This document shows, piece after piece, positions 1 through 12,583 of a stretch of 49,695 nucleotides of DNA. Below the pieces are notes generated by a model, which was given only the letters and a program-made list of their open reading frames with translations, made no database searches and was not told the origin of the DNA. Every line of letters begins with the position of its first letter. The first letter of the stretch is position 1. This DNA is from Octopus bimaculoides. Its lineage: Eukaryota. The DNA lies in contig NC_068991.1 in NCBI RefSeq assembly GCF_001194135.2, positions 51,050,617-51,100,311 of the forward strand. Reading direction: 5' to 3'. A program made the translations under genes and the position numbers.

Positions 1-179
1 TATATATATATATATATATTCATATATATATGTATATGTATATGTATGCATACGCACTTACATACAAGACAGAGATGATTGGTGCACCTGACGTTTTAGA
101 AGACAAGAAATCCTGCTGATCATGGCAAAACTGAGACTTTAAAAGCATTTTGTGTATATACACAACTAAGCTAGAAACC

Positions 180-628
180 CACTTTGTCTCTGTCACCCTT
201 TCATCTCTTTCCTATTCATCCTTCCAGCACACTTCTAACCTCTGCATTATTCTGTTGCTCTTCACTGTTTCTCTGCTGCCACTCATCGCCTGCTCTCCCC
301 TGAGCCACTTCTATTGACATCCATCCTTCATTCTTATCAACTTTGCCCCTGTCTCATATTTACCATCGACCACATCTTCATTCTCGCGCACCATTCTCTA
401 CTTTCATCTCTACCCCTCACTCACCCTTCTCCATCCACCTGCTAAATTTACTCTGCAACCACTCGTTTGTCTTGTCTCCCTTAACTCTTTTAATCATTTT
501 CTTCTGCCCTGAACATAACTCCCTTTCCAACCTTCTCCCTATTTACTCCTACTCACCCTTAGATAATGTGGAGTAAACATGTATCTCTTCTTCAGCAAGA
601 AACATATTCCTGCCTCTCTTCTGGAAGC

Positions 629-694
<66 letters not shown>

Positions 695-1450
695 CACGTA
701 TGTGTGCACATGCAAGAGAGCACCTCACTTAATCAGTCAACTCCTTGCATTACTTCCCCATCACATCTCTCTCCCACTGTAGCTCTCCCCACCCCCTCAT
801 TCTGATACCATTTCTCTTTCTTGCTACCCAGAATCATTTCATTTGTAAGCCCCACATTATGTTGGTCATCCCCTCCTAGCACTGGACCACCTAATTATCT
901 CTTGTATGCTATATCTGTCAGCTTGCCTGTCTGTTTGTCTGTCTCTCTTTCTCTCTCCCTCTCACTATGTTCTCACACCCTCAAGTAAACTACCTAAGCA
1001 TGCCACCCCTCTTTCTTTTCCCTCTCATTTGCATCATAATTACTGTCCTGTTGCTTGCATCTCCCTACCTTCCCCAACTCTTACACCACTGGCCACTTCC
1101 CACCCATATACCCATCACTTTCTCCATCCACTCCTTTAACCCTATTCATTCTTTACACATCTTGTCTACCTGCCCCTCGCCAATTTTTCCTCTATATCTT
1201 GCCAGTTCTCATACACCCTTGAACCCCTCTTTCCTCCATCCCCATCTCCACATACTTCTAGCTTCACTATCTCCACCTACCACTACTCACCTCATACTTT
1301 AAGGTGCCACCTGGACACCTCATCGCCATTATTCATCCCTTGGGACATACCACTGGTTCATTCTGACTCCCTCCCAGAAATGTGAGTAGCCATGGAGCTC
1401 TTTTACAGGAACCTGCTCTAACCCAACTCTTTCTCATGCTCCAGACCTGC
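180..1450. repeat. Strongly pyrimidine-skewed low-complexity tract (a similar tract lies at about 28250-28790)
   Basis: The + strand is dominated by C/T. Its ORFs are S/L/P/H-rich with no recognisable domain. Confidence 0.6.
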
Positions 1451-1499
1451 CCCCTCATGTTGGTTTTGTAGACTTATGAGCTACATGGCAACTTCATTA

Positions 1500-1682
1500 G
1501 AGCCAGTAGCATTAAAAAAGCACCTTGTACACTCTGTAAATTGGTTGGCATTAGGAAGTTCATCCAGCCTTAGATACTGTGCCAAAGCAGAGACTGGGGT
1601 ACAGTGCAGTTTTTGGACCCCTCAGCACCTTGTCAAACCATCCAACTCATGCCAACCTGGAACACGGATGGTAAATGATGAT
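1500..1682 (+). mobile_element. Short element sharing the RTE 3' tail (further copies at about 10090-10300, 17180-17400, 40730-40925, and 47845-47885 on -)
   Basis: aaaaagcac...ctgtaaa.tggttggc.ttaggaag.gcatccagc ... ccatccaactcatgccaac..gg..ac...gtaaatgatgatga matches the 46500-46813 UTR. Confidence 0.7.
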
Positions 1683-1769
1683 GATATATGTTTGTGGGTT
1701 TGTATATGTGTAAATACATATATATCTATACATGTGTGTATTTATCTAAATGTTTGTATGTATTCATGC

Positions 1770-1818
<49 letters not shown>

Positions 1819-1820
<2 letters not shown>

Positions 1821-2200
1821 CGTAGGTATGGCTGTGTGGTAAGTAAATTGCTTACCAGCCACATGGTTCCAGGTTCAGTTCTACTGCATGGTACCTTGGG
1901 CAACTGTCTTATTCTATAGCCTTGGGTTGACCAAAGCCTTGTGAGTGATATGATAGATGGTAACTGAAAGAAGCCCATCGTATGAGTGTGTGTGTGAGAA
2001 TATGTTTGTGTGTCTGTTTGTCCCCCACCATCGCTTGACAACTGATGTTGGTGTATTTACGTCCCCGTAACTTAGTAGTTTGGCAAAAGAGATCGATAGA
2101 ATAAGTACTAGGCTTACCATGACTAAGTCCTGGAGTCGATTTGTTCAACTAAAGGCAGTGCTCCAGCATGGCCACAGTCAAATGACTAAAATTAAAAAAA
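1819..2200 (+). mobile_element. tRNA-derived SINE, family A (CORE-like middle, internal TA/TG microsatellite)
   Basis: Head ggcgtaggtatggctgtgtggtaag...ggttcagttc, CORE-like ggtaccttgggcaactgtct, tail gtgctccagcatggccacagtcaaatgactaaa. Many similar copies in the window. Confidence 0.85.
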
Positions 2201-2269
2201 GAATATATATATTTGTGTGTATATATGTGTGTGTGTATATATATATGTATATATATATATAAATGTGTG

Positions 2270-2313
<44 letters not shown>

Positions 2314-2323
2314 NNNNNNNNNN

Positions 2324-2390
<67 letters not shown>

Positions 2391-3272
2391 CTGAAATTGG
2401 AAGGAGACGGAAGAGAAGATTAGCATGGCTCCTGCATAAGGATATACATGCATCTATACATACATACATACATATGTGTATATATCATCATCATCTTTAT
2501 CATCATTGTTGTTCAAGTCCATCTTCCATGCTGGAAGTGACCAGAGCTTGTGACCAGAGCTTGTGACAAGTGACCAGAGCTTGCTATGAATTTTAAGTAG
2601 CTGAAGGTTGCCAAAGAGTCAGATTACAAACCTTGCCATCTGCATTTACCACTGCAAATCATTGGTAACGTAAACCAGTGAGACCCATCTAACGGAAAAA
2701 AAAAGTTAAGATCAAATGTGATATACAAGGATTTGGCAAGACACATTGAAAGGAAGAACTGAATGTGAGATGGATGAAGAGAAATGCTATGAGACTGGGC
2801 AAAGTAGAGAGTGTGAGAGGAAGAGTTGATATGAATTCCACTGTTATTTTGAAAATTGTAAAATAGTCGGAAGTTTATAGAGAACCATGAAATATAATAA
2901 TTTCTTTTGCAACTGTATTTTGTTTGAGATAGTTGATTTGTTTGATGATGCAAAAGTTCACATAGGTACTGTTGAGTGTACATTAGAAGACAAAATTTCT
3001 GAATGTTCCAGTCCTTGTTATACAGTGTGTGTGTGTGAGCAAATATTGATATTCCATGTCATCACTTCTCTGTGAAATGGTAATGGGATGTTTATTTACA
3101 CTGTTGACACTATGATCAGTTGCTCTACACTTCCACAAACGAAGCTGGGGTTGATAGGAAAAAGTGTGTTCATCTCTAAAATGGTACCTGAAATGTATCT
3201 CTTGCCAACATTTAAAAATGTATGTGAAATGAACAAATAAATAAGTATATAATATAAATACAACATTATAAT

Positions 3273-3316
<44 letters not shown>

Positions 3317-4999
3317 AAGAGAAAATAGCTGGTATTACTCCATCTGGAAAATAAATGGACCAGAAGTATTCTTAAATAAATCATTCAGTTTAATAGAATT
3401 CTGATAGAGTCCACTTGAAAGTTACCTTTCATGTATGAAATGAAATTGGTCTCCAATATGTTCCTAGCAGTCAAATGTCTAATGAACTGTGTTACAGTTA
3501 CACAGATAATATAATAGTACGGTTACTAATTTGCGTAAATAACATAGATCTTAATTCAAGGAGATTAAAAAATGAGCAGAAGATTCAATAAATGTGAAAT
3601 GAGTTTTATTTTATTTGAAGCTATTATTATCAAACATGATGTGTTGTCTTTTACTCTTGGAATTCTTTGATGTTTAAAATAATCTGAAAAATGAGTAAAA
3701 CAGGCGTGTTGAGAAAAAACATACAGATAAAAATGAACTCATTCTTACAATGTGTGGAAACCAGAGTATCCAGAGAAACCTTGATATCCAAATATTGGAA
3801 TTGTAACATAGGTAGTGATGAAGAAATGAGAGTTGCAATAAGCTCTAATCGCTGAAAATTGTTGGAAAGTTGGAAATTTCGAAGATTGTCTTGTCAACAT
3901 CTTGTCCATGTTTATGGCATTTACCATCCGTGATATAAATAAAGAAACTTTAAAGAGACTTTCATCTTTTGAATAGCCAACATAGAATTGGTTATTAATA
4001 AATCAATATGCAGTCCAGCAAAAATCGTCCATGTTTATTTCTGGAGCTTATTAATGGATGATGATGATGATGATGATGATGGCCAAACCTATGTTTTCTG
4101 GAAATTGAAGTATTCTGAATGAAAACAGCTACACCAATTGCTATGCGTTGAATTCTGGATGTAATTACATCTTCTTCTTTGATACACTCAGTGAAATTAA
4201 TTAATCTATATGGTATGTGGCGTAAGCTCTTTAACCAATAATTTTGTCCTCTTGTACATCTGTGGCTGATCATGAAGCAGTATTTTGAGGAATCCTTGTC
4301 TCATGAAAACCCTGAAGGCTTTGGTAAAATTGTATAATTCTGCAGCATAACGAACAATTTCTTCCTGATTCTAAACAGTTTCTCTTGATTTGTAAGTTTG
4401 AATATTTCCATGGAATTGTCTGTAACAGCTGCCAATTGATGTTGATTCTGACAGTTATTTTTTCACCCAGCCACTTGTGTGTTTGTTAATAATGTTTCAG
4501 ATTGAAAAACACCTTTGATATCAATTTGTTTGCTGTTTCAACCACTTCTACCGAATACAGCTGGATCTATTGTTATATTATGGTTGGAAGTAAATTTTCC
4601 TTCTATAAAACTTGTAATAGACTTTATAACAAGACTAAACAGTTAATCTCTCCCAACATCATCACCACCACAAATGACCAGACAACTGATTGCCAAAAAA
4701 ACTGGTCTCTCTTGACTGTAAACCATTTGAAGGTTTAAACTTTAGTCTCAAGTAAATGATTTAAAGCAACCACAGTTTAATTAGTCTTTGTTCCTTTTGG
4801 GGTTACTAGCAAGGTCTAATGGGAGCTCTCTTAAAAACACTACTGTTACACCTCCTATTTTGAGATCTGTTGTCATGTAAATCCTGCAATGTCCTGCCAG
4901 GGCCTCCAGAGCTCTCTTGTATGCAATTGTGATTGCATCCCAGTGAATTATTTAGCATCTCTTAAGAATTTCTCCAGTTCTCAAATTCTTTACAACATT

Positions 5000-6140
5000 G
5001 CTAATAGAAATCTCATTTGTGCTCAAATCTAAGTGGAGCTTAAAGCTGAATGTAGTGTTTGACTTCCAGGAAGGGCTGTGGTAGCAATATCAGAAGAAAC
5101 AACTGCAATGGTTATGCCTTACATTGATGGCCTTAGAGACGGTTCTATCTTAGACTGATCAAGACTGTCTTTGCAATAGTAGCTTCTTGTTGCTGAACTC
5201 TATTAAAAAAAAGGTAGCAGAATAGACTCTCCTCTGGTCTACATCGAGTTTGGTTTCATCATTAATGTATGCTCTTAATGTGTCAACATTATATGACATT
5301 AATTTCAAAATTTCTCATGCTAAATTCTTGAATCCAGTATAGTTAAGTTGAGGGAGGCTATATATTTGAATTCTTATCCATTCATGTCCTTGTTGAGAGC
5401 TGCATTGTAAATTTCATCGGTATACCCTAATTCTGTACAACATTGTTGAACTTGACATTAAAAACCTTAAGCAAGGTCATCATGATACTTGAACCAAAGA
5501 TAAAACAGATTAACAGCTTGGTTCAAAGAAACCCAAGAGTCTTGGCTGATATACAAAATCTTCTGGTTATGATGTATCCCATTGGGCATCGTTTTCCATC
5601 AATCTTTGGGGGTCTCCCCTTCAACATTATTTCCAACTTTTCTCCATTTGGTAGTTCCAAAGTTTCCGCCATTTCATCGTAATATTTTGGGCTCACTGCA
5701 CAGATTATCTCTAGTCCGTAGCCCAAACATTTCACTTGTGTTAGGCTTATCATCTCAATCTGCCGATCTTCACTTTTCTTCTTCAGCTCTGAATTAAAAA
5801 TTGTGGCTATTATCCATTTTGGGTCTATCGACAGTGGGATTCTTCCCACCCTAACCTTAATGATTCTTTTGCCCAAACAGTTTGGCATCAACGTCCATTT
5901 TTCTCCTTGTATCAGCCTGTTGTCGGTTTTTCTGCCTCCTCTTCTGATACAAAAGTTACTACTATCGACGTATATCTCCTTCCTCTTGTAAAGAACATTA
6001 TCCTTTCTCTTATTTGTTCCTCCAAGATCTCTTCCTGCGGTGCATGTTCAATTCTCCTATTTACATTCGAGAATGTTCTGAATATCACCATCTTGTTTTG
6101 CATTTTTATTTTTTCCTCCTCTGGCAGGGTCATTTGACTC
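5000..6140 (-). mobile_element. Decayed Tx1/L1-like LINE: ORF1 (RRM-like plus zinc-knuckle remnant) and start of the AP-endonuclease domain
   Basis: ORFs 5912-6133 and 5523-5891 read ..IMFFTRGRRYTSIVVTF.., IKVRVGRIPLSIDPKW.. and LPNGEKLEIMLKGRPPK..C..GYI..FC. Downstream IASLNL and ..DETKL remnants have stops. The family call is from motif recollection. Confidence 0.55.
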
Positions 6141-7004
6141 TTCTTTCTTTATCATGCCATAATATTTGGTTAGCTTCTCCTCATTCCACTCTATCATCTT
6201 TTGCAGCACCACCTCTTCAAATATGATGGAACTACATTAAAATGTGGACATGGACCAAGTCCTCTTTTCCCCAAAACATTAGTGATGGCAACATCATTTC
6301 TAGCAAATTATTACATACAAGGGTTGAGTTCAGTCTATCATGACCATAATTTGAACTCATCTTCACAAATTTTGACTTCCCACTTAAATTAATTAAAATA
6401 AGCTGACATTAGTCCAGTAGCTGACAAATCTATCTGCAAAAATCAGTTGCAGTTCTACCTAAGGCTGTTACTTGGCTACTTGATTTCCATAGAGAGAGAG
6501 AATCCAGATAAAAAATGGAAATAAATATTGAGAGAGAGAGAGAGAGAGGGGGGGAATAAGAGAAAGACTAGATGTGTCAATGTTTTCAATGAAGAAAGGG
6601 AAGAAGTAGAATATCAAAATTAAAGAGATTCAGCACTACTGAGGCAGCAGAAAATATGGCAATAGCTATAACAGAAAGTTGGGGAGAAAAAGATGTACAT
6701 AAACACAAGCACACACNNNNNNNNNNNNNNNNNNNNNNNNNNNNNNNNNNNNNNNNNNNNNNNNNNNNNNNNNNNNNNNNNNNNNNNNNNNNNNNNNNNN
6801 NNNNNNNNNNNNNNNNNNNNNNNNNNNNNNNNNNNNNNNNNNNNNNNNNNNNNNNNNNNNNNNNNNNNNNNNNNNNNNNNNNNNNNNNNNNNNNNNNNNN
6901 NNNNNNNNNNNNNNNNNNNNNNNNNNNNNNNNNNNNNNNNNNNNNNNNNNNNNNNNNNNNNNNNNNNNNNNNNNNNNNNNNNNNNNNNNNNNNNNNNNNN
7001 NNNN

Positions 7005-7051
<47 letters not shown>

Positions 7052-7527
7052 TACATACATACATATATACATATATGTATGTATGTATGTATGTATGTAT
7101 ATGGAGAGACAGGAAAGAGAGAGAGTGTGTGTGAGTGATAATTTGTTTTTGCTTGCACCCATGTGAAAGAAATGGATAGGGGGAAGTCAAGAGGCTACCA
7201 AATGACAAAGAGTGAGTAAGTCTTAAATAAAATGTAAGTGGGTGGAAGGATGAAGTATTTATCACAATATTCTGTTTGGCAGACAGGGAAAGAGTGAGTG
7301 GGAGAGAGTTAGTTGGAATTAGTTTTATGTTGCTTTAAGCAATCTTTGTAGACTGATAAATAATGGTGGAAAAAAAACTTCTACTCCATAAATTCCAATA
7401 ACTGAAAATAACTTAAAGGTATTTCAACTATGGGCATCCATTGAAGTAAAATTGGTATTTCATTTCAATGAACAACTCTAATAGGACATCTTTCTACAGA
7501 ATATATAAAACAAAAGGGAATTATTTT

Positions 7528-8030
7528 ATATACTGAGTGCAGATTGCATCAATAACCACCTGAAGAAGACTCTTCCTGGGTTTAAAACAATAGTACTGTC
7601 AAGCAGTCATATTGATGTGGTGATAAACATTACTTCTCAGTATAGTTACTATTTTTTATTTCTTATAGAGATTTTCTAACAAGCTACTTTGTTTGTTGTA
7701 AGATCAGTAACTGTTTGCCACTTGGTTTTCTATATATTGTGAGCTGGAGTGAATTACTACCATCTCTAGTGGTTAGGTGTTCACTACTGAGGAAAGGCAC
7801 AAACAGCCTGAAACCATTTGACCTGGTGATCCTGTCATCTGCTAGAAGATGGTAGGGGGTTCCCTCCCCTGCTTGCAATATATACTGAGTGCAGACTGCA
7901 TCAATAACTAACTGGAGGCTCTTCCTGAAGTTAAAAACGATAGTAATGTTGAACAGCCATATTGATGTGGTAATAAGAATTACTTCTCTGTATAACTACT
8001 ACTTTCATCTTTTATAGAGATTTTATAACT
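7528..8030 (+). repeat. Diverged ~150-bp direct repeat (7528-7680 and 7880-8030, period 352 bp) carrying a degenerate hammerhead-like motif; possible Penelope pLTR or retrozyme relic
   Basis: atatactgagtgcaga.tgcatcaataac...ctcttcctg...aaaac.atagta...atattgatgtggt.ataa..attacttctc.gtata...tatagagatttt occurs in both copies. CTGAAGA core at 7560-7566. Confidence 0.75.
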
Positions 8031-8999
8031 AATTATTTTGTATAATCTATAAATTCATTAAACAATTTTAACATATAAAATGAAATATGTGGCATGTCTA
8101 TTAAGTGACCTATTGACTGGATGATCATGGCTGGAAACACCTTTGTTGGGTCTGTTTGTAAGAGACTCTCTTCCATTCCATTTTTTCATTCAACAACCTC
8201 TTGCAGTAACCTTTCTATACCTCTTTATTTCTGATATTAGTGAGGTTAAATTTTCATACTCCTCTGCTACCCTTCAACGATGTATCTCAAGTATCTCTTA
8301 TACTCTGCTTTGTAATCCAGAACACCTCATGCCTCTGATATTCACACATCACAATATATGCAATCCTCCTTCTCTTGATAAATCTACTTGTTATCTCATT
8401 TCACTTCTAGCTTCCTGATGTTTTCTGCTCCACTCTTTCTTCCAATTTTACCAAACCTGTCTCTTAACTTTTATTGTTATTTCTAACCTTTTGCCACCCA
8501 TATGGTTTGTTGTTTGCAGCTGGTTTGTGTTATAGAAATTTCTAGTTGTCTTCTATTTCATAAACCTACTCCTTCCTCCTTCCAATCACAGTTATTACTT
8601 CTCTCAACCTATTCTTGACCAAGAGGACTTTTAGCTTCTATAGTCTCCTTTGTCACATTACCTTCTAACATACCAATCTAACTCTTACTCTAAAATTACT
8701 AACCATTAACCTATGTCCTGTGGTATGTCCTTCATCAAAGAAAGGTTTATTACTGTTCACATCATATACTTGTCCTATTTCCTGGTGAATACAGTCTCCT
8801 TGCTCTTCATATTCATCTGATTGATGAGATGATAATATGGCTTAATGGTTTCTTAGGTTAAGTGTTGCAAATGGTTCAGTGATTTGATCAAACCACTACA
8901 GAAGCCTTGATTACTTCTCATTGCACAAACCATTTTCATAGTCTTCACATACACTGGAGAAACTCTATGAGCCAAGTACATTCTATGCCTCCCATGCTA

Positions 9000-9356
9000 C
9001 AGGGTGTCCACAAAGTTGAGTACATGGGGATTAACACATACTGTTAAAACAAAACAATTTTATTTAATTATAATGTTAATAAATAATATTTTCAAAATGA
9101 TTTCCATCATTTTCAATGCATAACTTGATGCACCTTGCAAAATTCAGGTGAACTCGGATTAAATAAGTCTACATTGCCATCAATTTCAGCACACTAACTG
9201 GTAATGCGTTCTCTCATGTGGTTTAAATCTGTAATCTTTATTGAGTAAACTTTCTCTTTCAACATACCCCAGAAAAAGAAGTCAATATTTCTTATATTTA
9301 ATTGTTTATGTTATGATTTTATTTACTCCTTGTACCCTGACTTTGTGGACACCCTG
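9000..9356 (-). mobile_element. Internally deleted Tc1/mariner-superfamily transposon (357 bp) retaining the transposase C-terminus
   Basis: TA|cagggtgtccacaaagt ... actttgtggacaccctg|TA, 17-bp perfect TIR. The minus strand reads DFFFWGMLKEKVYSIKITDLNHMRERI, then after a frameshift NFARCIKLCIENDGNHFENII. Confidence 0.9.
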
Positions 9357-9693
9357 TAGAATGGTTACCTTCATGGTGGCTTGCAGATTTCATGACTCCT
9401 GTTTTTATTTAGACTTATTGCACTCATAGATTGGTTACCTCCTTTGCAGCTTGCAGAGACTATGCCCCTTCTATCACCTGGTGTGTATTTTGTAGCAGCA
9501 GAACTAAACTTTGTCTAATGTAGACAGGTGTTAGTTCTAATAAAACTTAGGTATCATCACCACCACCACCATTATCACTACCAATGCAACTACCACCTCC
9601 ACTTCCACCACCATCATTATCATCATTTAATATTTGTCTTCCAAGCTTTTTCACAGGAACTGCCAAGCCAGAGAACTGTGTCAGGCTCCAAAT

Positions 9694-9726
<33 letters not shown>

Positions 9727-10633
9727 NNNNNNNNNNTATATATATATATATATATATATGACACACACACACACACACATGCATGTATCATTCCTCAACC
9801 CCTGTTCATCATTCAGTATATTCATGCCCCTACCCATTTTCTAACCATCCCTCATTCTTTCCATACATCTGTGCAACTTCTACTCAACCATCCTTCCTGT
9901 TCTTCTGCCCCTAGGAACCACCAGACACCTCACCACCATCTTTATCTCTCTTTCCAACTCTGCCCACCCACTTCACCCAGTTCCACCAACCCTTCTAGAA
10001 TGTAAGCAGCCATGGATCTTATCTACTGCAAGAAGCCTTCCTTCGTCATATAGCATAAAGGTACCTCCGTCCTCACTGTAACCTCACTCAGTTGAAGAGT
10101 GTCTCGGTCTTGCAAGTTATATGGTGACCCCCACCAGTGAATAAAGTACCCAGTGTACATTGTAAAGTGGTTGGTGTTATGAAGGGAATCCAGCTGTAGA
10201 AACCATGCCAAAGCAGACATTGGAACATGATTCAGTGCACTGATCCATCAGAGCTTGCCGAGCCTCTGAACTGATGCCAACCTAGAAGACAGACATTAAA
10301 AGAAGGTCTGTATGAATGTGTGTGTGAGAGAGATCTTTCTTTGAGCTTTATGTAAGCTCTTAAAGGATATCAAGTCAGTCGCTAACAAAGCGACAAGACT
10401 TTTTCGGTCAAGAGAATTTCTGATGTTTGTAAATATATAGTTGGTTTGGTGTGTTGGTTAAGCTGTCAATGCACACACCTAAGTGTGTGCATCTTTTCAT
10501 CTAAAGAATCTCAAATGGAGAATCTTTAGAATGTCTTACAAATCTTCGTTGTACCATGAACAGATTGGATTTGGAGAATCCATATCAGTTTCTTTTGCTC
10601 TTTCTATGAAAAACCTAATATTTCTAGGTTTCT

Positions 10634-10855
10634 TATTTCTTTATTGCCCACAAGGGGTCAAACATAGAGGGGACAAACAAAAGGATTAAGTTGATTACAT
10701 CGATCCCAGTGTGTAACTGGTACTTATTTAATCGACCCTGAAAGGATGAAAGGCTAAGTCAACCTTGGCGGAATTTGAACTCAAAACGCAGCGGCAGACG
10801 AAATACCGCTAGGCATTTCGCCTGGCGTGCTAACATTTCTGCCAGCTCACCGCCT
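10634..10855 (-). mobile_element. tRNA-derived SINE, family B (Meta-domain-like gcctttcatcctttcggggtcgat core), with 18-bp TSD
   Basis: The reverse complement starts ggcggtgagctggcagaaatgttagcacgcc. Flanked by the perfect direct repeat taatatttctaggtttct at 10616-10633 and 10856-10873. Confidence 0.9.
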
Positions 10856-11660
10856 TAATATTTCTAGGTTTCTGTGTAAATTTGTGGGCTATGTACCTAC
10901 AAATTTACACATGTATGTATGTATTATGTATGTATGCATGCATGAAAGTAAGGATCATAAAGAGGTATTCCCAAGGAAGAAAGTGAGGCTTTATATAAAA
11001 TGGAGTTATGTGGTTAGCATGAATTTCCAAGAGAGTAGACCTAGCTTTTAAATGATCTGTAGGTAAATGCATTTTTGCACAAATAATACTTAAACCATGA
11101 ATATTTTCTTACAAACAGTATCAAACCTAAGTCAATGATTGATTATTTATAGAAATTACTGATGCAAAATGAAATAAAAACGAAATCCTAGATAATGATC
11201 TTTGCTTAACATTGTTAAAGCTACTTTAATGAGGCAGGAGAAGATAAGCAGGTGAAGTTTTCCTATACCTAGTTTTACGACTGAACTAATTAATAGATTA
11301 TTAATAGTAATCGATGGTAGGAAAATGCTGACACGTGTGTATGTACATATGTATGCACGATCATATGTCTGTATGTATGCACGTTTACGTGTGTATGTAT
11401 CCATGTTTATGTGCACAGATGAATGCATGCATGTATGTATGTATGTGTATATGTATGTATGCATGTTCTTCTTGAGAGAGTTCAAACCAGTTAACAAAAC
11501 AGCAAGACTTTCTGAATTAAGAGAGCTCCTGGTGTTTGTAAATATGTGGTTGAGTTGAAGTATCAGTTCTTACACCCAAGTATTGGTTGAACTGTTGATG
11601 CATACACCCAAGTGTGTGCATCTAATCTGTTGTGTATGTATAGAATAATAAAAATAACAA

Positions 11661-12109
11661 TCCTTTCTACTGTAGACACAAGGCCTGAAATTTGGGGGAA
11701 GGGATTAAGTAAATTACATCGTCCCCAGTGTGTAACTGTTATTTATTTAATTAGCCCCGAAAGGATGAAAGGGAAAGTCAACCTCAGTGGAATTTAAACT
11801 CAGAAAATAGCAACAGATAAAATACCACTAAGCATTTCGCCTAGCATGCAAATGATTCTGTTGCCTTAATAATATTAATGATTTAAAATTTTGCCACAAG
11901 GGCAGTCATTTTGTGACAGGGGATAAGTTGATTACATTGACCCCAGTGTTTCACTGGTACTTAATTTATCGACCCTGAAAAGATGAACGGCAAAGTCAAC
12001 TTCGGTGGAATTTGAAATCAGAACGAAGCAACGAGAGAAATACCACTAAGCAGTTTGTCCAGTGTGCTAACAATTCTGCCAGCTTGCCACCTTAATGATG
12101 ATGATGATG

Positions 12110-12180
<71 letters not shown>

Positions 12181-12500
12181 CATCTTTTCTACTATAGGCA
12201 CAAGGCCTGAAATTTTTCAGGGAGGGGATAGTCAATTATGTCAACCCTGGTGCTTGACTGGTATGCTTTTCATTGACCCCACAAGGATGAAAGGTAAAGC
12301 CTACCTCGGAGGAATTTGAACTCAGAATGTAAAGATGGATGAAATGCTGCTAAGCATTTCACTCGGTGTGCTAACAATTTTCCAGCTCATCACCTTAATA
12401 ATAATAATAATAATAATAATAATAGTTTCAAATTTTGGCACAGAGACAGTAATTTTGGGGGAGATGGATAATTCAATTACATCGACCCCAGTACTGCATT
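11661..12500 (-). mobile_element. Head-to-tail cluster of four family B SINEs (11661-11867, 11883-12093, 12184-12396, partial 12425-12495)
   Basis: Each carries the gaccc(t/c)gaaaggatgaaagg..aagtcaac..ggaatttgaactcagaa core, and they are separated by (TAA)n/(TGA)n runs. Confidence 0.85.
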
Positions 12501-12583
12501 AAGTACTTAATCACAACCAGTGAAGTTCCACAAGGAAATTAATATAACATCATGGATGGTGAAATTAAACTGGCTTCACTTAA

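Noticed and set aside
6586-7265. Long ORFs spanning N gaps (also 33687-34431, 45611-46102, 47198-47908)
   Set aside because: Their length comes from X residues in assembly gaps and (TA)n repeats.
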